64,000 nucleotides of DNA, taken from contig NC_043014.1 in assembly GCF_006345805.1 (NCBI RefSeq), positions 15,314,001-15,378,000 of the forward strand, read 5' to 3'. A program made the translations under genes and the position numbers. The notes under the pieces are model-generated. The model did no database searches. It saw only the letters and a list, made by a program, of their open reading frames with translations, and was not told the DNA's origin. This document shows, in pieces, positions 50,421-62,935 of the stretch (position 1 is the stretch's first letter; each line of letters begins with the position of its first letter). The DNA is from Octopus sinensis (Eukaryota).

Positions 50421-51513
50421 TATACATACCTACAGACACACACAGTTAAATAACAAATGCTGAAATAACATAGGCAGACACAAATACAATCACAGATACA
50501 CTAAACATACACACACACGCACTCTCTCTCTCTCGCTCTCTCTTTCCACGTACAAACACACACACACACACATTGACACATATGCAGTCTGCCTCACAGA
50601 CACAGACTATGAAGTAGGCACACCAACATTGCTAAACCGTCTCACTCACACACACACAGACACACACACACAAACCACACGCTCTAGTGATAATTGTATT
50701 GTTGATAGAAAATAAATTGCACACAATAGTTGACGTAATTGTAGTAACTTTTCTTTAGGTCATCGAGCAAGATCTATGATCAAAGGCATTCCAGCCGTTC
50801 GTGACCATCCCGCATTTTTTTTTCTGTCTTTGTGTGTCTATTTGTGTGTGTGTGTGTGTGTGTATGTATATGTGTGTGTATGTGTGTGTGTATGTGTTTG
50901 TGTGTGTGTATGTGTGTATGTGTGTGTGTGTGGTGTATGTGTGTGTATGTGTGTGGTGTGTATGTGTGTGTGTATGTTTGTGTGTGTGTGTGTGTATGTG
51001 TGTGTGTGTGTGTTTGTGTGTGTATGTGTGTGTGTATGTGTGTGTGTATGTGTGTATGTGTGTGTGTGTGTGTGTATGTGTGTGTGTCAACGTGCCGGGG
51101 AAACACAAGACTACATTGTGTGTCTGTCTGCTATTTCTAGCAGACCGGGTGACCATGTGACCATGTCATGGACAAACTGCAGCTCGCGGGACTTTCTGAA
51201 TGGCATAGCTATCTTTTTATTTCTAATCTTTTACTATTCTCACTCATGAGACTGCGGTCATGCTGGGACACCACCTTGAATAATTTTAGTCGACCCCAGT
51301 ACGAAAAATTGCCTCGAATAGTTTTTAGTGGTGCGGCCCGCCTGATGAAGAACCTTGTCTCGTGCAGTCCACGGTAATTCTTTGGTTATTGGTAGACATC
51401 ATTCACTCACATCCTTCCGTCATGACAGATAAAGAGGTTAGGCTAAAGAAGAGGGTGAATGATGTCTTCTCACACCGACACACTGTAGGCCGATACCGAT
51501 AGATCGTCCAGCC

Positions 51514-52170
51514 TATAAAGGCGGCGAGCTGGCAGAAACGTTAGCACGCCGGGCGAAATGCTTAGCGGTATTTCGTCTGCCGCTACGTTCTGAGTTCAAA
51601 TTCCGCCGAGATCAACTTTGCCTTTCATCCTTTCGGGGTCGATTAAATAAGTACCAGTTACGCACTGGAGTCGATATAATCGACTTAATCCGTTTGTCTG
51701 TCCTTGTTTGTCCCCTCTATGTTTAGGCCCTTGTGGGTAATAAAGAAATAGGTATTTCGTCTGCCGCTACGTTCTGAGTTCAAATTCCGCCGAGGTCGAC
51801 TTTGCCTTTCATCCTTTCAGGGTCGATAAATTAAGTACCAGTTACGCACTGGGGTCGAGGTAATCGACTTAATCCGTGTGTCTGTCCTTGTTTTTCCTGT
51901 GTTTAGCCCCTTGTGGATAGTAAAGAAATAAATATTTAGGGCGGCAAGCTGGCAGAAACGTTAGCACGCCGGGCGAAATGCTTAGCAGTATTTCGTCTGC
52001 CGTTACGTTCTGAGTTCAAATTCTGCCGACGTCGACTTTGCCTTTCATCCTTTCGGGGTCGATAAATAAAGTATCAGTTACGCACTGGGATCGATGTAAT
52101 CGACTTAATCCGTTTGTCTGTCCTTGTTTGTCCCCTCTGTGATGAGCCCCTTGTGGGCAGTAAAGGAATA
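51514..52170 (+). mobile_element. Trimeric SINE family B insertion with 13-bp TSD
   Basis: TSD agatcgtccagcc at 51501-51513 and 52171-52183; structure full unit + headless body + full unit. Confidence 0.93.
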
Positions 52171-52664
52171 AGATCGTCCAGCCCACTTCTCGTAAAAGGT
52201 GGCCTATGCCTGACATAAAACGTTTCCTCTTTGGTTCGTGTCTTCGTCTTAAGTTGAATATCACGACGGAGGAGAAGGAAAGGGAGGTAAGGATGGAAAT
52301 ATAGACAGACAAGCAATTGAAACAGGCAGACCACCTGACAGACAGACAGAGGCAAAGAAAGAAAGAGACAGAAAGAGAGAAAGAGGGAGAGAGAGAGAGA
52401 GAGAGAGAACCGACCAAACCGGATCATCGTTATACAGTGACTGTTGATGTTTTTAGCCCAATGTTTGAAGCAGTCCGATGACGATCAAAGGGGTTCAAGC
52501 CGTGGCACACCTCGCTTTTCTTTGTGTGTGTTTTGTTTGCTGAAGATGACAAGGTGTGATGTGTGGGAGATTTAACTGCTATTACTAGCAGCTCAAGCAA
52601 CTGCGTCAGAAGCTTCCCCCCCACTCCCAACGTCCTTGACTCGCGGTGACAGCTGTTGTCGTTG

Positions 52665-52679
52665 GTGCTACTACTACTA

Positions 52680-52720
<41 letters not shown>

Positions 52721-52758
52721 ACTACTACTACTATACTACTACTACTACTACTACTACT

Positions 52759-52796
<38 letters not shown>

Positions 52797-53000
52797 GCTA
52801 CTACTACTACTACTACTACCACTACTACTGCTACTACTGCTGCTACTACTCCTACTAGTTGTAGTAGTGGTGGTGGCGGTAGCGGTGGTAGTAGTAGTAG
52901 TAGTAGTAGTATGGTGATGACCACGACGACGACAATGGTAATGATGATGATAATGATGATGATGATAATGATTCAGTAGTAGTAGTGGTGGTGGTGGTGG
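52665..53000. repeat. Compound trinucleotide repeats (CTA/CTG/GTA/GAT)
   Basis: Direct inspection. Confidence 0.95.
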
Positions 53001-53219
53001 TGGTGAAGGAGGCGGAGGACGTGGTGTCGATGATGAAAAGGATCGCTGTTTAGCCCCGGTTGACCAAAGCGCTCCAGCCGCAATCATCCCATCTTATTTT
53101 CTTCAATGTGCTCAGGACTATATTAGCCCTTAATGTCCTCTTTTCATCTTTCCTAAGATGGTAAATTGTGATTCACGGGAAATGCGACTGCTATTTCTAG
53201 CAGGTTAAGCAACAAAGTA

Positions 53220-53560
53220 GAGCAGTCATGGGGCAAACTGCGGCCCGCAGGCCTTTCTGAATGACACACCAAGCGAAAAATTACCTTTTACTTGTTTCAG
53301 TCATTTGACTGCGGCCATGCTGGAGCACCGCCTTTAATCGAGCAACTCGACCCTGGGACTTATTCTTTTGTAAGCCCAGTACTTATTCTATCGGTCTCTT
53401 TGCCGAACCGCTAAGTAACGGGGACATAAACACACCAGCATCGGTTGTCAAGCAATGCTAGTGGGACAAAATATTTTTTTTTTTTTTGGCAGTGTGGCCC
53501 ACCTGAAAATGAGTCATGTCTCATGCAGCCCGGCTCTTAAAAAAGGTTGCCCATTCTTGA
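53220..53560. mobile_element. hAT/Charlie-like MITE (cagtcatggggcaaactgcggcccgc) interrupted by a SINE A 3' part at 53283-53470
   Basis: Similar termini at 8010-8040, 11920-12025 and 63300-63495. Confidence 0.6.
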
Positions 53561-54759
53561 TGTGGAGTGAGGACGACAGTAAAAAAAAAATGAAAAAAAC
53601 AACAACACAAAACTCAATTAACAAGCTAATTAATTAGTATACAAGCAATTCATTTTCCTATTACAAAGACGAAGAGGGAAAAGAGATAGAAAAATTGACC
53701 GTGATGTGATGCTTATGCCTTTGACAACGGCATTAGCCATGTTGAATCGAGAATTTCTGAATTGTATCTGGAATCGAAACCGAACCGCGGATTCCATAGG
53801 CTAGGAGTTTACCGACCCATTTCGTTCATACTCATTCCAACGGCTCTTGTCACTAAGTATCACGAAATCATTGATATCTCGAGTCAACGGATCTTTTTAA
53901 AATTCTTCCAACCACTTGAAGTGTATCAAATTTTCGTCAGACTTTTCTTTATTATTATTTTTCTTTCTTTTTTGCTTTTCAGATTTTCCACACTGGTGTA
54001 GTTTTGCATACTAATGACGAAAATCATGATTATGTTTTTATTATTTTTTTTAGAAATTAATAATAATAATAAAAAAAGTTACAAACATTTAAAATTATTT
54101 AATTTTAGCCGATCGGAAGCCTCCGTTACCAACCTAGCGGAAATCGCACCTGTGTGTCTCCATGGGAATGACATAAACACAATGTAGACAACCAGATCCA
54201 TAAACCTCGACCCCTCCCCCATCCCCCAGTATTTTTCCTTAAAAGCCTGGTGCTTATTCTGTCGGATCCTTTTGCTGAACTGCTAAGTTACGGACCGAAG
54301 CAAGCAAACGATGAAAAATTTAGGATAATTATGTCAGCAGAGAAATAATTCAAATTTGCAACGCATTTTGTTCAGCTATAGCATTTGCACCATGGTAAAT
54401 GTAAACCCAGAAAAAAAAAGAAAATCCTCTATAGTGATTCCCGCCCCATCGCCCTTCTCCTGATGTCCCACTAAACCCTAAGCCTGTACTTCTTTTGCTT
54501 AATCGTTAATCTAAACCACGCCAGAGTGTCCTTGAAAAAGCAGAAGCTACGTTCAATAATGTAATTCTTTGACGCACTGTTTGACAACAAAGGCAGGATG
54601 GCCACAGATTGACTGTCATTCATAAACAATGATATTGATTTCTGTCAGTTACACATATTATGTTTTACATAAAAGCAGTGGAGGTGGGGGTCGGATTACA
54701 GAATCGGTGGAGCAACAGACCAGATACTTTGTGCAAATTAGTGGTAATTTTTTTTAATG

Positions 54760-54968
54760 GCTTTAGCCATCTGACTGCGGCCATGCTGGGGCACTGCATT
54801 GAAGAATTTTAGGCGAATGATTATCGACCCCCACCCCCACCCCAGTATTTTTCTTTAAAAGCCTGGTGCTTATTCTGTCGGATTCTTTTGCTGAACTGCT
54901 AAGTTACGGAGACGTAAAAATATTAACACCTGTTGTCAAGCGGTGGTAGGCAATAAACACAGATAACA

Positions 54969-55021
<53 letters not shown>

Positions 55022-55210
55022 ACATACACACACACGCATATACACACATACCTATTTACATATACAACGAGATTCTTTCAATTTCATTCAACTAAATCTA
55101 TTCCCAAGGCTTTGATCAAACCCAGGCTACAGTAGAAGACACTTGTCCAAGGTGCCATGTAGTGGGACTGAACCCGGAATCAAACTTCTTACCACACAGC
55201 CACGCCTGTG
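54760..55210 (-). mobile_element. SINE family A with expanded internal (CA)n
   Basis: Reverse-complement colinearity. Confidence 0.88.
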
Positions 55211-55321
55211 CCACTAAATAAAATAAAAAGTTTACAACGCTTTGTGTACCCTTAGTGGCCAGCTATAAGAGGAGAGATAATCCCGTCTAGACTAAGTTCA
55301 AAATTTAAATGAGAGTCAATA

Positions 55322-55598
55322 ATACAGTTCTATATTTAAGAGATGAGGAATTATTTACATTATTTACATTCGACGGATATTTGTCGTCATCTTGTTTGTT
55401 GTTAACACAACATTTCGGTTGATATACCCTCTAGCCTTCTCCAGGTGTCTTGGGGGAAATTTCGAACCTGGGTTCTCATTCGTAAGTTATTTTTTTGATG
55501 TTATTATTATTATTGTTAGTGTTCAGGTCACTGCTTGGAATCGAACTCAGAATCTTGGGGTTTGTAGCCCGCACTCTAAACCACTACGCCATATGCCC
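55322..55598 (-). mobile_element. tRNA-headed element with Penelope-type hammerhead-like 3' module (family H3)
   Basis: Head gggcatatggcgtagtgg..gagttcgattcc (A and B boxes); motif 55405-55448 ACAC-CTGGAGA-A-GGCTA..CAACC-GAAAT-GTT-GTGT; 3' boundary approximate. Confidence 0.65.
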
Positions 55599-56439
55599 GT
55601 GGAGAGTCAATAAGTTGTGCAGAATAAACACATTTAATATTTCTTTTTCCTTTTCGTCTGCCTTTACATTCTGAGTTCAAATTCCGCCGAGGTCGACTTT
55701 GCCTTTCAACCTTTTGGGGTCGACAAATTAAGTAACAGTGAAACACTGGGGTCGATCTAATCGATTGGCCTCCCTTCCCCAAAAAATTTCGGGCCTTGTG
55801 CCTAGAGTAGAAAAGAAAAAAATATTTCTTTTTCCTAGGGTGACGAGTTGACAGAATCGTTAGCACATCGGTGAAATGCTTAGCGGCATTTCGTCTTGTG
55901 CCAAAATTTGAAACCAATAAGGTCATTTTCCTACACATAAAGACCTTACAATTTTTTTAGTATAATAATTATGGCATCTGGTCTGGGGCGGGTGGTGGAA
56001 AATACCCTGGAAAAAGACTAAGTCTTTAATCAATTATATCACATGAAAAGGAGGTGGATTGTCGCCCGAGAAAGCCCTTGAGTTTTCTGTTCCTCCTTCG
56101 TGCCCGGGACCCCAAACTTATACAGACTTATACAGAAGATCCAAAAGCGTTGACCCCATAAAGGCATCACTCGGAGCGGACAGTAACTCCCTCAATCAAC
56201 CCCTCGAAGTTACGCTGGTGATTTGGCAGAATCGCTCGAGCGTCAGGTAAACTACTTCGTGGAATTTACTTTCGTTCTTTACGTTCCAAGTTCAACTCCT
56301 GCCAAAGTCATTTTCGAATTTCATCTTCCCAGGGTCGATGTAACTAGCCCTTCTTCGAAAATCTTTGGCTTCGTGCCTACTTAAGAAATTATATGTTAAT
56401 TTTGTTTTTTTTTTGCACTTATGTTTTAAGTCACGCGAA

Positions 56440-56760
56440 GGCGCATGGCTTAGTGGTTAGAGTATTCGGCTCACGACCGTAAGGTCCGGGGTTCGATTCA
56501 CGGTGACATCTTGTGTCCTTGAGCAAGGCACTTTATTTCTCGTTGCTTCAGTTCACTTAGCTGACAAAAATGAGTTGTACCTGTATTTCAAAGGACCAAC
56601 CTTGTCACACCCTGTGTTACGCTGAATCTCCTTGAGAACTCTGTTAAGAGTACACGTGCCTGTGGAGTACTCACCCACTTGCACGTTAATTTCGCAAGCA
56701 GGCAGTTCAGTTGATCGAATCAACTGGAGCACTCGTCATCGTGACCCACGGAATGCCTGT
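56440..56760 (+). mobile_element. SINE C-related subfamily
   Basis: gcgcatggcttagtggttagagtattcgg head; body gtacctgtatttcaaagg..; similar copy at 59205-59525. Confidence 0.85.
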
Positions 56761-56804
56761 ACGTCTTAACTTGTCACTGGAGTTAAAGAGATCACTATTA
56801 CTTA

Positions 56805-57205
56805 GCGCAGGAGTGGCTGTGTGGTAAGTAGCTTGCTAACCAACCACATGGTTCCGGGTTCAGTCCCATTGTGTGGCATCTTGGGCAAGTGTCTTCTGCT
56901 ATAGACCCCGGGCCGACCAATGCCTTGTGAGTGGATTTGGTAGACGGAAACTGAAAGAAGCCTGTTGTATATATGTATATATATATATATGTATGTGTGT
57001 GTTTGTGTGTCTGTGTTTGTCCCCCTAGTATTGCTTGACAACCGATGCTGGTGTGTTTACGTCCCCGTTACTTAGCAGTTCGGCAAAAGAGACCGATAGA
57101 ATAAGTACTGGGCTTACAAAGAATAAGTCCTGGGGTCGATTTGCTCGACTAAAGGCGGTGCTCCAGCATGGCCGCAGTCAAATGACTGAAACAAGTAAAA
57201 GATTA
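56805..57205 (+). mobile_element. SINE family A, full-length, least diverged copy seen
   Basis: tRNA-like head with B box ggttcagtccc, CORE-like segment, internal (TA)(TG) microsatellite, 3' domain ending gaaacaagtaaaaga. Confidence 0.96.
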
Positions 57206-58370
57206 TGCTTAAGGCTTCTCTATTAGTAATCATTTTTTGAAGTGTGTACCTAATATGTAAACATTGTAACATTTTTTTCTACAAATAATCTCAAATTTAG
57301 CTTCGCTGTACACATAATTTTGCAACAGAAATAACATACGTGAATAGTAAAAATAAATCTATGTCTAACTTTTCCTTTTCATGTCAGTGTCTTAATCCTG
57401 TTAGTAGTCTATTAAATAACTAATGTCTTTTGTAACTGATAGTAAATTATATAAAAATATTTATAGTTGATAATTCATTATCCAAAAATTTATTAGGATG
57501 TCCGTAAATAAATTGAAAAAACAATTTAATCAGCATCCATATTCTTTCAGAAATCCGGAAAAAAATTAGGATACAAATTTATCAAAACATATGGTCTTTG
57601 ATAAATAACAGTGTTAAGAACTATAAAATAGTTACTACATGCCAAATTTTACCAAATTAAGTGTCGATGGTTGTGACCTTTGCCTCAGAGAAAATGAATA
57701 TACAGCTTTGTAAAGGTTATACATTGAACGACAAACATTCAGAATTGATATATCTTTTGCCGTCATAAATCAAAATATTTTAACAAATATTTTGAATTAT
57801 CTAACGGCTAAAGACCAAATAGATGCGTAACACAATCATTCACATTTAAAAAAAAATCAAAACATTTCTCCAATTAACGTGAATAAAAAATTCGTTAGTT
57901 TGTCATCATATATCAAAAAGGCAAGCAAACAAACGACTGACAATAAACGTTCCGACTACATCAAAACGTTTTGTATTGTAAGCGGTTATATTCAACAATT
58001 GTGTTCGTTATACTCTTCACATAAATAAAAAATTGACTTATTTATTACATTGTTTGAAAATCGGTTAAACGGGGAAGTAATAGCCGTAATCTTTGTAATG
58101 TCAGCTTTAAAATAAAATTTATAGCATACTCCCTTGTATTCCCTTATTAATGTCACCGGATTTATTTTTTTCACACTATTCTGTAATTCTTTCTTGGGCG
58201 AACGTTCGTTCCTTTTTTTCTTTTCTCAGTTTTTTCTTCTTCTTTTTCTGATCAATTTATTTATCAACTGTTCGTCTCACCAGCTAGTGCAATAAACTGT
58301 GTGGTTAAATGTTTCTGTTTCTATTTCTCAACAGCTAAAGAGGCGTACTGTCATCGAAACAACTACGACT

Positions 58371-58880
58371 GGATCATTACCTTTTGACCGACAGATTTTT
58401 AAAAATTATTTTTTGTAACTAAACACTTTCAAACTTCGTTTGTCACTGTTATTTATGAGATCGTTCGTGCGCTTGTACAGGTTTTAGCTTTAATGTGTTA
58501 GGGTTAGGGTTTTAAGGTTAGGGTTTTAGGGCTAGGGTTAGGGTTTTAGGGTTAAGGTTAGGGTTTTAGGGTTTTAGGGTTAGGGTTAAGGTTTTAGGTG
58601 TGTCATAAATAACAGTAACAAACGAAATATACACCACCGGAAGTTGTTGTTGACAAACAACAACAGTAATTTTATTCAACTGAATACACGTCCTTGATTG
58701 GTTGAAATTGCCGAAATAGGACAACTTTAGCGGGAAATAACTTCCTAAATATAAGTTTTTCTCAAAAACGCTAAGAGTAAAAGATATTTTATGACATATT
58801 CTGCCAGTGTCCGAAGTTTGAAAGTGTTCAGTTACAAAAAAATATTTTTTAAATCCGTCGGTCAAAAAAGGTAAAGATCC
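58371..58880. mobile_element. GGATC-TIR MITE with degenerate (TTAGGG/TTTTAGGG)n array
   Basis: TIR ggatcattaccttttgaccgac / gtcggtcaaaaaaggtaaagatcc; TSD ctacgact/ctacgatt; array 58497-58597. Confidence 0.9.
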
Positions 58881-60254
58881 CTACGATTAAATCCTAAACA
58901 CAGCAAATTGAGCTTTAGGCCACACACTAGAAACAATGTAAAAGATGTACAACAGTTGTTGTTGTTGTTGTTGTTGTTGTTATTGCTGTTGTTTGTTGAT
59001 ATTTAGATCTAGGTCAAGCCTGATGGAGAAAAACAAATAAAGAAATGCTCGTGGTCAAAAGATTCTAGTCGTAACAATCACGAGATTTGCCATTTACTTT
59101 TTATTTTTCAGGTAGCCAGTGATGATTAGTTGTCCGTGTGTGTGTGTGGTGTGTGTGTGTGTGTGTGTGTGAGCGCGCACGTTTCTCTTTTATGTAATGT
59201 GATAGCGCGTGGCTTAGTGGTTAGCGTATTCGGCTCATAATCGTCAGGTCTTCAGTTCGATTTCCGGCGGTGCGTTGTGTCCTTGAGCAAGGTACTTTAT
59301 TTCATACTGCTCCAGTCCACTCACCTGGCAAAAATGAGCAGTACTTGTATTTCAAAGGACCAGCCTTGTCACATTCTGTGTCAAGCTGAATCTCCCTGAG
59401 AATTACGTTAAAGGTAATTTATGCGTGTCTGCGGAATACTCAGCCACTTCAACGTTTATTTCACGAGCAGGTTGTTCAGTTGATTGTATGGAGTAGAATA
59501 CTCGTCGTCGTAACCGACGGAGTACCACTTAATGTGGGGACCAGACAACTATATCTACTCCACCTTGTATGTTTCTCTCTCTCTCTCTCTCCCCCTCCCT
59601 CTCTTCCCCCCTATTTCTCGGTATTGTCTCATTTTCTTTCTCTTTCTCTGTCACTCTTGCAAAAACATTTACTCTAATTCACCTCTCTCTCACTTTCTCC
59701 CTCTTTCCCACATGTGTATATGTGTGTATGTGTGAGTGTGTGTCTGTCTTTGTATCTCCAACCACTTGATAACTGGTGCTGGTTTGTTTACGTCCCCCTA
59801 ACTTAGTGGTTCGACAAAAATGAAACCCGCAGAATAAGTACCAAACTTAAATAAGAAAATGCAAACGAAAGTCCTGGGGGTCGATTTGTTCTACTAAAAC
59901 CCTTCTAGGCGGTGCCCCAGCATGGTCGCAATCCAATGACTAGAAACAAGTAAAAGATTAGAAGATAAACCATCAAAGGAACAAACTAATGGCAGTTTCC
60001 TCCTCTATCGCCGATCGTTACAATATAAAGAGTTAATGACGGTCCTTGTGTGTGGTTGTCTGATAAGCCAGAAATAGCTGTGAAAATTTCCCTCAAAAGC
60101 AATCCAAGCGATTTTGGAAATGACAGGATGATTGCGATTTGTAGGACGTCTTTGATCACGGCTCTAACTCAAATTAACTTAGATTATCTGACCCTGGGGA
60201 ATCAGCAAAACAGTTTGTGCGTTCTGAAGGGCTAAGTGTTGTTTTTAGTGTCAA

Positions 60255-60326
<72 letters not shown>

Positions 60327-60682
60327 GGACGGACAGACTATGTATGTGTATGAAAGAATGTCTGTGTGTGTATATGTGAGAGACAGACAAAGTGAGTGTG
60401 TGTGAGTTTGTGTGTGTGTGTGTGTGTGTATGAGAGAGATAGACAGACAATGTGAGTATATGTGTGTGTGTAAGAGTGTGTGAGTGTGTGTATGAGAATG
60501 TGTATGTGTGTATGTGAGAGAGACAGACAGACAGACTATGTGAGTGAGTATGTGTGTGTGTGTAAGAGTGTGTGAGTGTGTGTACGAGAGAATGTTTGCG
60601 TGCGTGTGTGTGTGTATATGGGAAAGAGTGTGCCCATGTGTGTGTATGTGTACCTTTGTCCCTTTATATGTCTCCATAGCTT

Positions 60683-60718
<36 letters not shown>

Positions 60719-60722
60719 CCTG

Positions 60723-60827
<105 letters not shown>

Positions 60828-60961
60828 ATTTGCCTGTCTGTATGCGTGTGTGCAAGTGCGAGTGGAAGAGAGTGTGCGTGTGTGTGTGTATGTAAATGTG
60901 GATTTCTATTTTTTTTTTCTACGTCTTCATAACTTTGTATCTATCTGTCCGTCTGCGTATC

Positions 60962-61137
60962 AGGACAATTACCCCCCAAGACAATTGCCCCGGACGACAA
61001 CTACCCCCTAGGACAATTACTCACCTTAGTTAATTACCTCCCCCTCCAATATATTAAGAAGTTTTTAAATCATCTGTTGTTCTCAAGGGTAATTGTCTTT
61101 GGTGAAGTAATTGTCGGGGGGGGGGGGTTAAATGTCC
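60962..61137. mobile_element. MITE-like element built from reiterated GACAATTACCC motifs
   Basis: About 4 direct copies on the left and 2-3 inverted copies (gggtaattgtc, gtaattgtc) on the right. Confidence 0.55.
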
Positions 61138-61139
61138 TA

Positions 61140-61144
61140 AGCTC

Positions 61145-61176
<32 letters not shown>

Positions 61177-61450
61177 GTCTGTCCATCCGTCCATCCATCC
61201 ATCTGTCTGTCTGTCCATCCGTCCATCCATCCATCCATCCATCTATCTGTCCATTTGTCCATCCGTCCATCCATCCATCCATCCATCCATCTATCTGTCT
61301 ATTTGTCCATCCGTCTATCCATCCATCCATCCATCCATCCATCTATCTATCTGTCAGTCTGTCCATCCGTCCATCTATCTATCCATCTGTCTGTCTGCCT
61401 GTCTGTCTTTCTGTCCGTCCGTCCGTCCGTCCGTCCATCCATCCATTCAT
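61140..61450. repeat. Compound (ATCC)n/(TCTG)n microsatellite
   Basis: Direct inspection. Confidence 0.95.
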
Positions 61451-61456
61451 CCATAT

Positions 61457-61491
<35 letters not shown>

Positions 61492-61879
61492 GCCTCTTTA
61501 TTTCCATCTCTTTCGATACCATTCTCACCCAGCAAATTTTATTCCTTAATTCTCCACTCTTTAAAGCAGTTTGACTGAACTTTCATGTTGTAATTTCCAT
61601 CACTCATCATTCCTTGTGTGTGTGTGTGTGTGTGTGTGTGTGCACGCGCACACGTTTCTCTAAATTCTATTTTCAGAAATATCAAAACTACAGTCAAAGA
61701 ACTATTTTAGTTTCCCGGTTAATAAACTCTCTTATTTTAATATCCTCACGTTTTTTTTTTACATTCTTTTCCTTTCCTTCTTTCCATTTTTTTTTACATT
61801 GTATTTGTATTTATTTATTTGCTGTTTTATTGTTGCTGCAGTTTAGTTTTTTCGAGGTATCATCATTCCTTGCCAGACT

Positions 61880-62353
61880 TATAAAGCGGCGAGCTGGCAG
61901 AAACGTTAGCACGCCGGGCGAAATGCTTAGCAGTATTTCGTCTGCCGTTACGTTCTGAGTTCAAATTCCGCTGAGGTCGACTTTGCCTTTCATCCTTTCG
62001 GGGTCGATAAATTAAGTACCAGTTACGCACTGGGGTCGATGTAATTGACCTAATTCCTTTGTCTGTCCTTGTTTGTCCCCTCTATGTTTAGTCCCTTGTG
62101 GATAGTAAAGAAATATTTAGGGCGGCAAGCTGGCAGAAACGTTAGCACGCCGGGCGAAATGCTTAGCAGTATTTCGTCTGCCGTTACGTTCTGAGTTCAA
62201 ATTCCGCCGAGGTCGACTTTGCCTTTCTTCCTTTCGGGGTCGATAAATTAAGTACCAGTTACGCACTGGGGTCGATGTAATTGACTTAATTCCTTTGTCT
62301 GTCCTTGTTTGTCCCCCTCTATGTTTAGCCCCTTGTGGGCAATAAAGAAATAA
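61880..62353 (+). mobile_element. Dimeric SINE family B
   Basis: Two full units joined by gaaatatttag|ggcggcaagctgg, essentially the same junction as at ~51930. Confidence 0.92.
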
Positions 62354-62392
62354 GATAGATAGATAGATAGATAGATAGATAAATAGATAGAA

Positions 62393-62424
<32 letters not shown>

Positions 62425-62544
62425 CTCTCTTGCTTCCCAATGCAAAAGCTTTCAGCAAAGAATATAAACAGAAAGCAATAAAATTTTCTTTTGACATTGT
62501 TTATTCACGGAAGCTTCTACGTCCATCTACAAAACCAGCAGCGA

Positions 62545-62579
<35 letters not shown>

Positions 62580-62619
62580 ATAATAATAATAATATAATAA
62601 TACTGCTACCACCACCACC

Positions 62620-62660
<41 letters not shown>

Positions 62661-62935
62661 CACCACTACTACTACTACTATTACTACCACCACCACCACC
62701 ACCACTACTACTACTACCACCACCAACACAACCAATAGCAACAACAGTCACCACCACATCACTAACCACCAACCGCTGTTCCTCCCTATTCAACCCAACA
62801 CCGAAATCTATCGCCATCACCGCCACCACCTTCACCCCCTCCCCCGTTTTTCACCACTGTTAACATACTCCACCATCACCATCACTACCATCACCACCAT
62901 TAAGCGCTACCATCACCACGAGCCACTATCACCAT
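62545..62935. repeat. (CTA)n/(CAC)n trinucleotide repeats
   Basis: Direct inspection. Confidence 0.95.

Noticed and set aside
52636-53087. Poly-L/T/Y/S ORFs (also 62527-62835 and 33241-33577)
   Set aside because: Trinucleotide repeats without splice or start context.
55525-55598. Functional tRNA-Cys(ACA) gene (likewise SINE heads at 43982, 51520, 56805)
   Set aside because: The acceptor stem does not pair and the head is fused to repeat bodies, so these are SINE heads.
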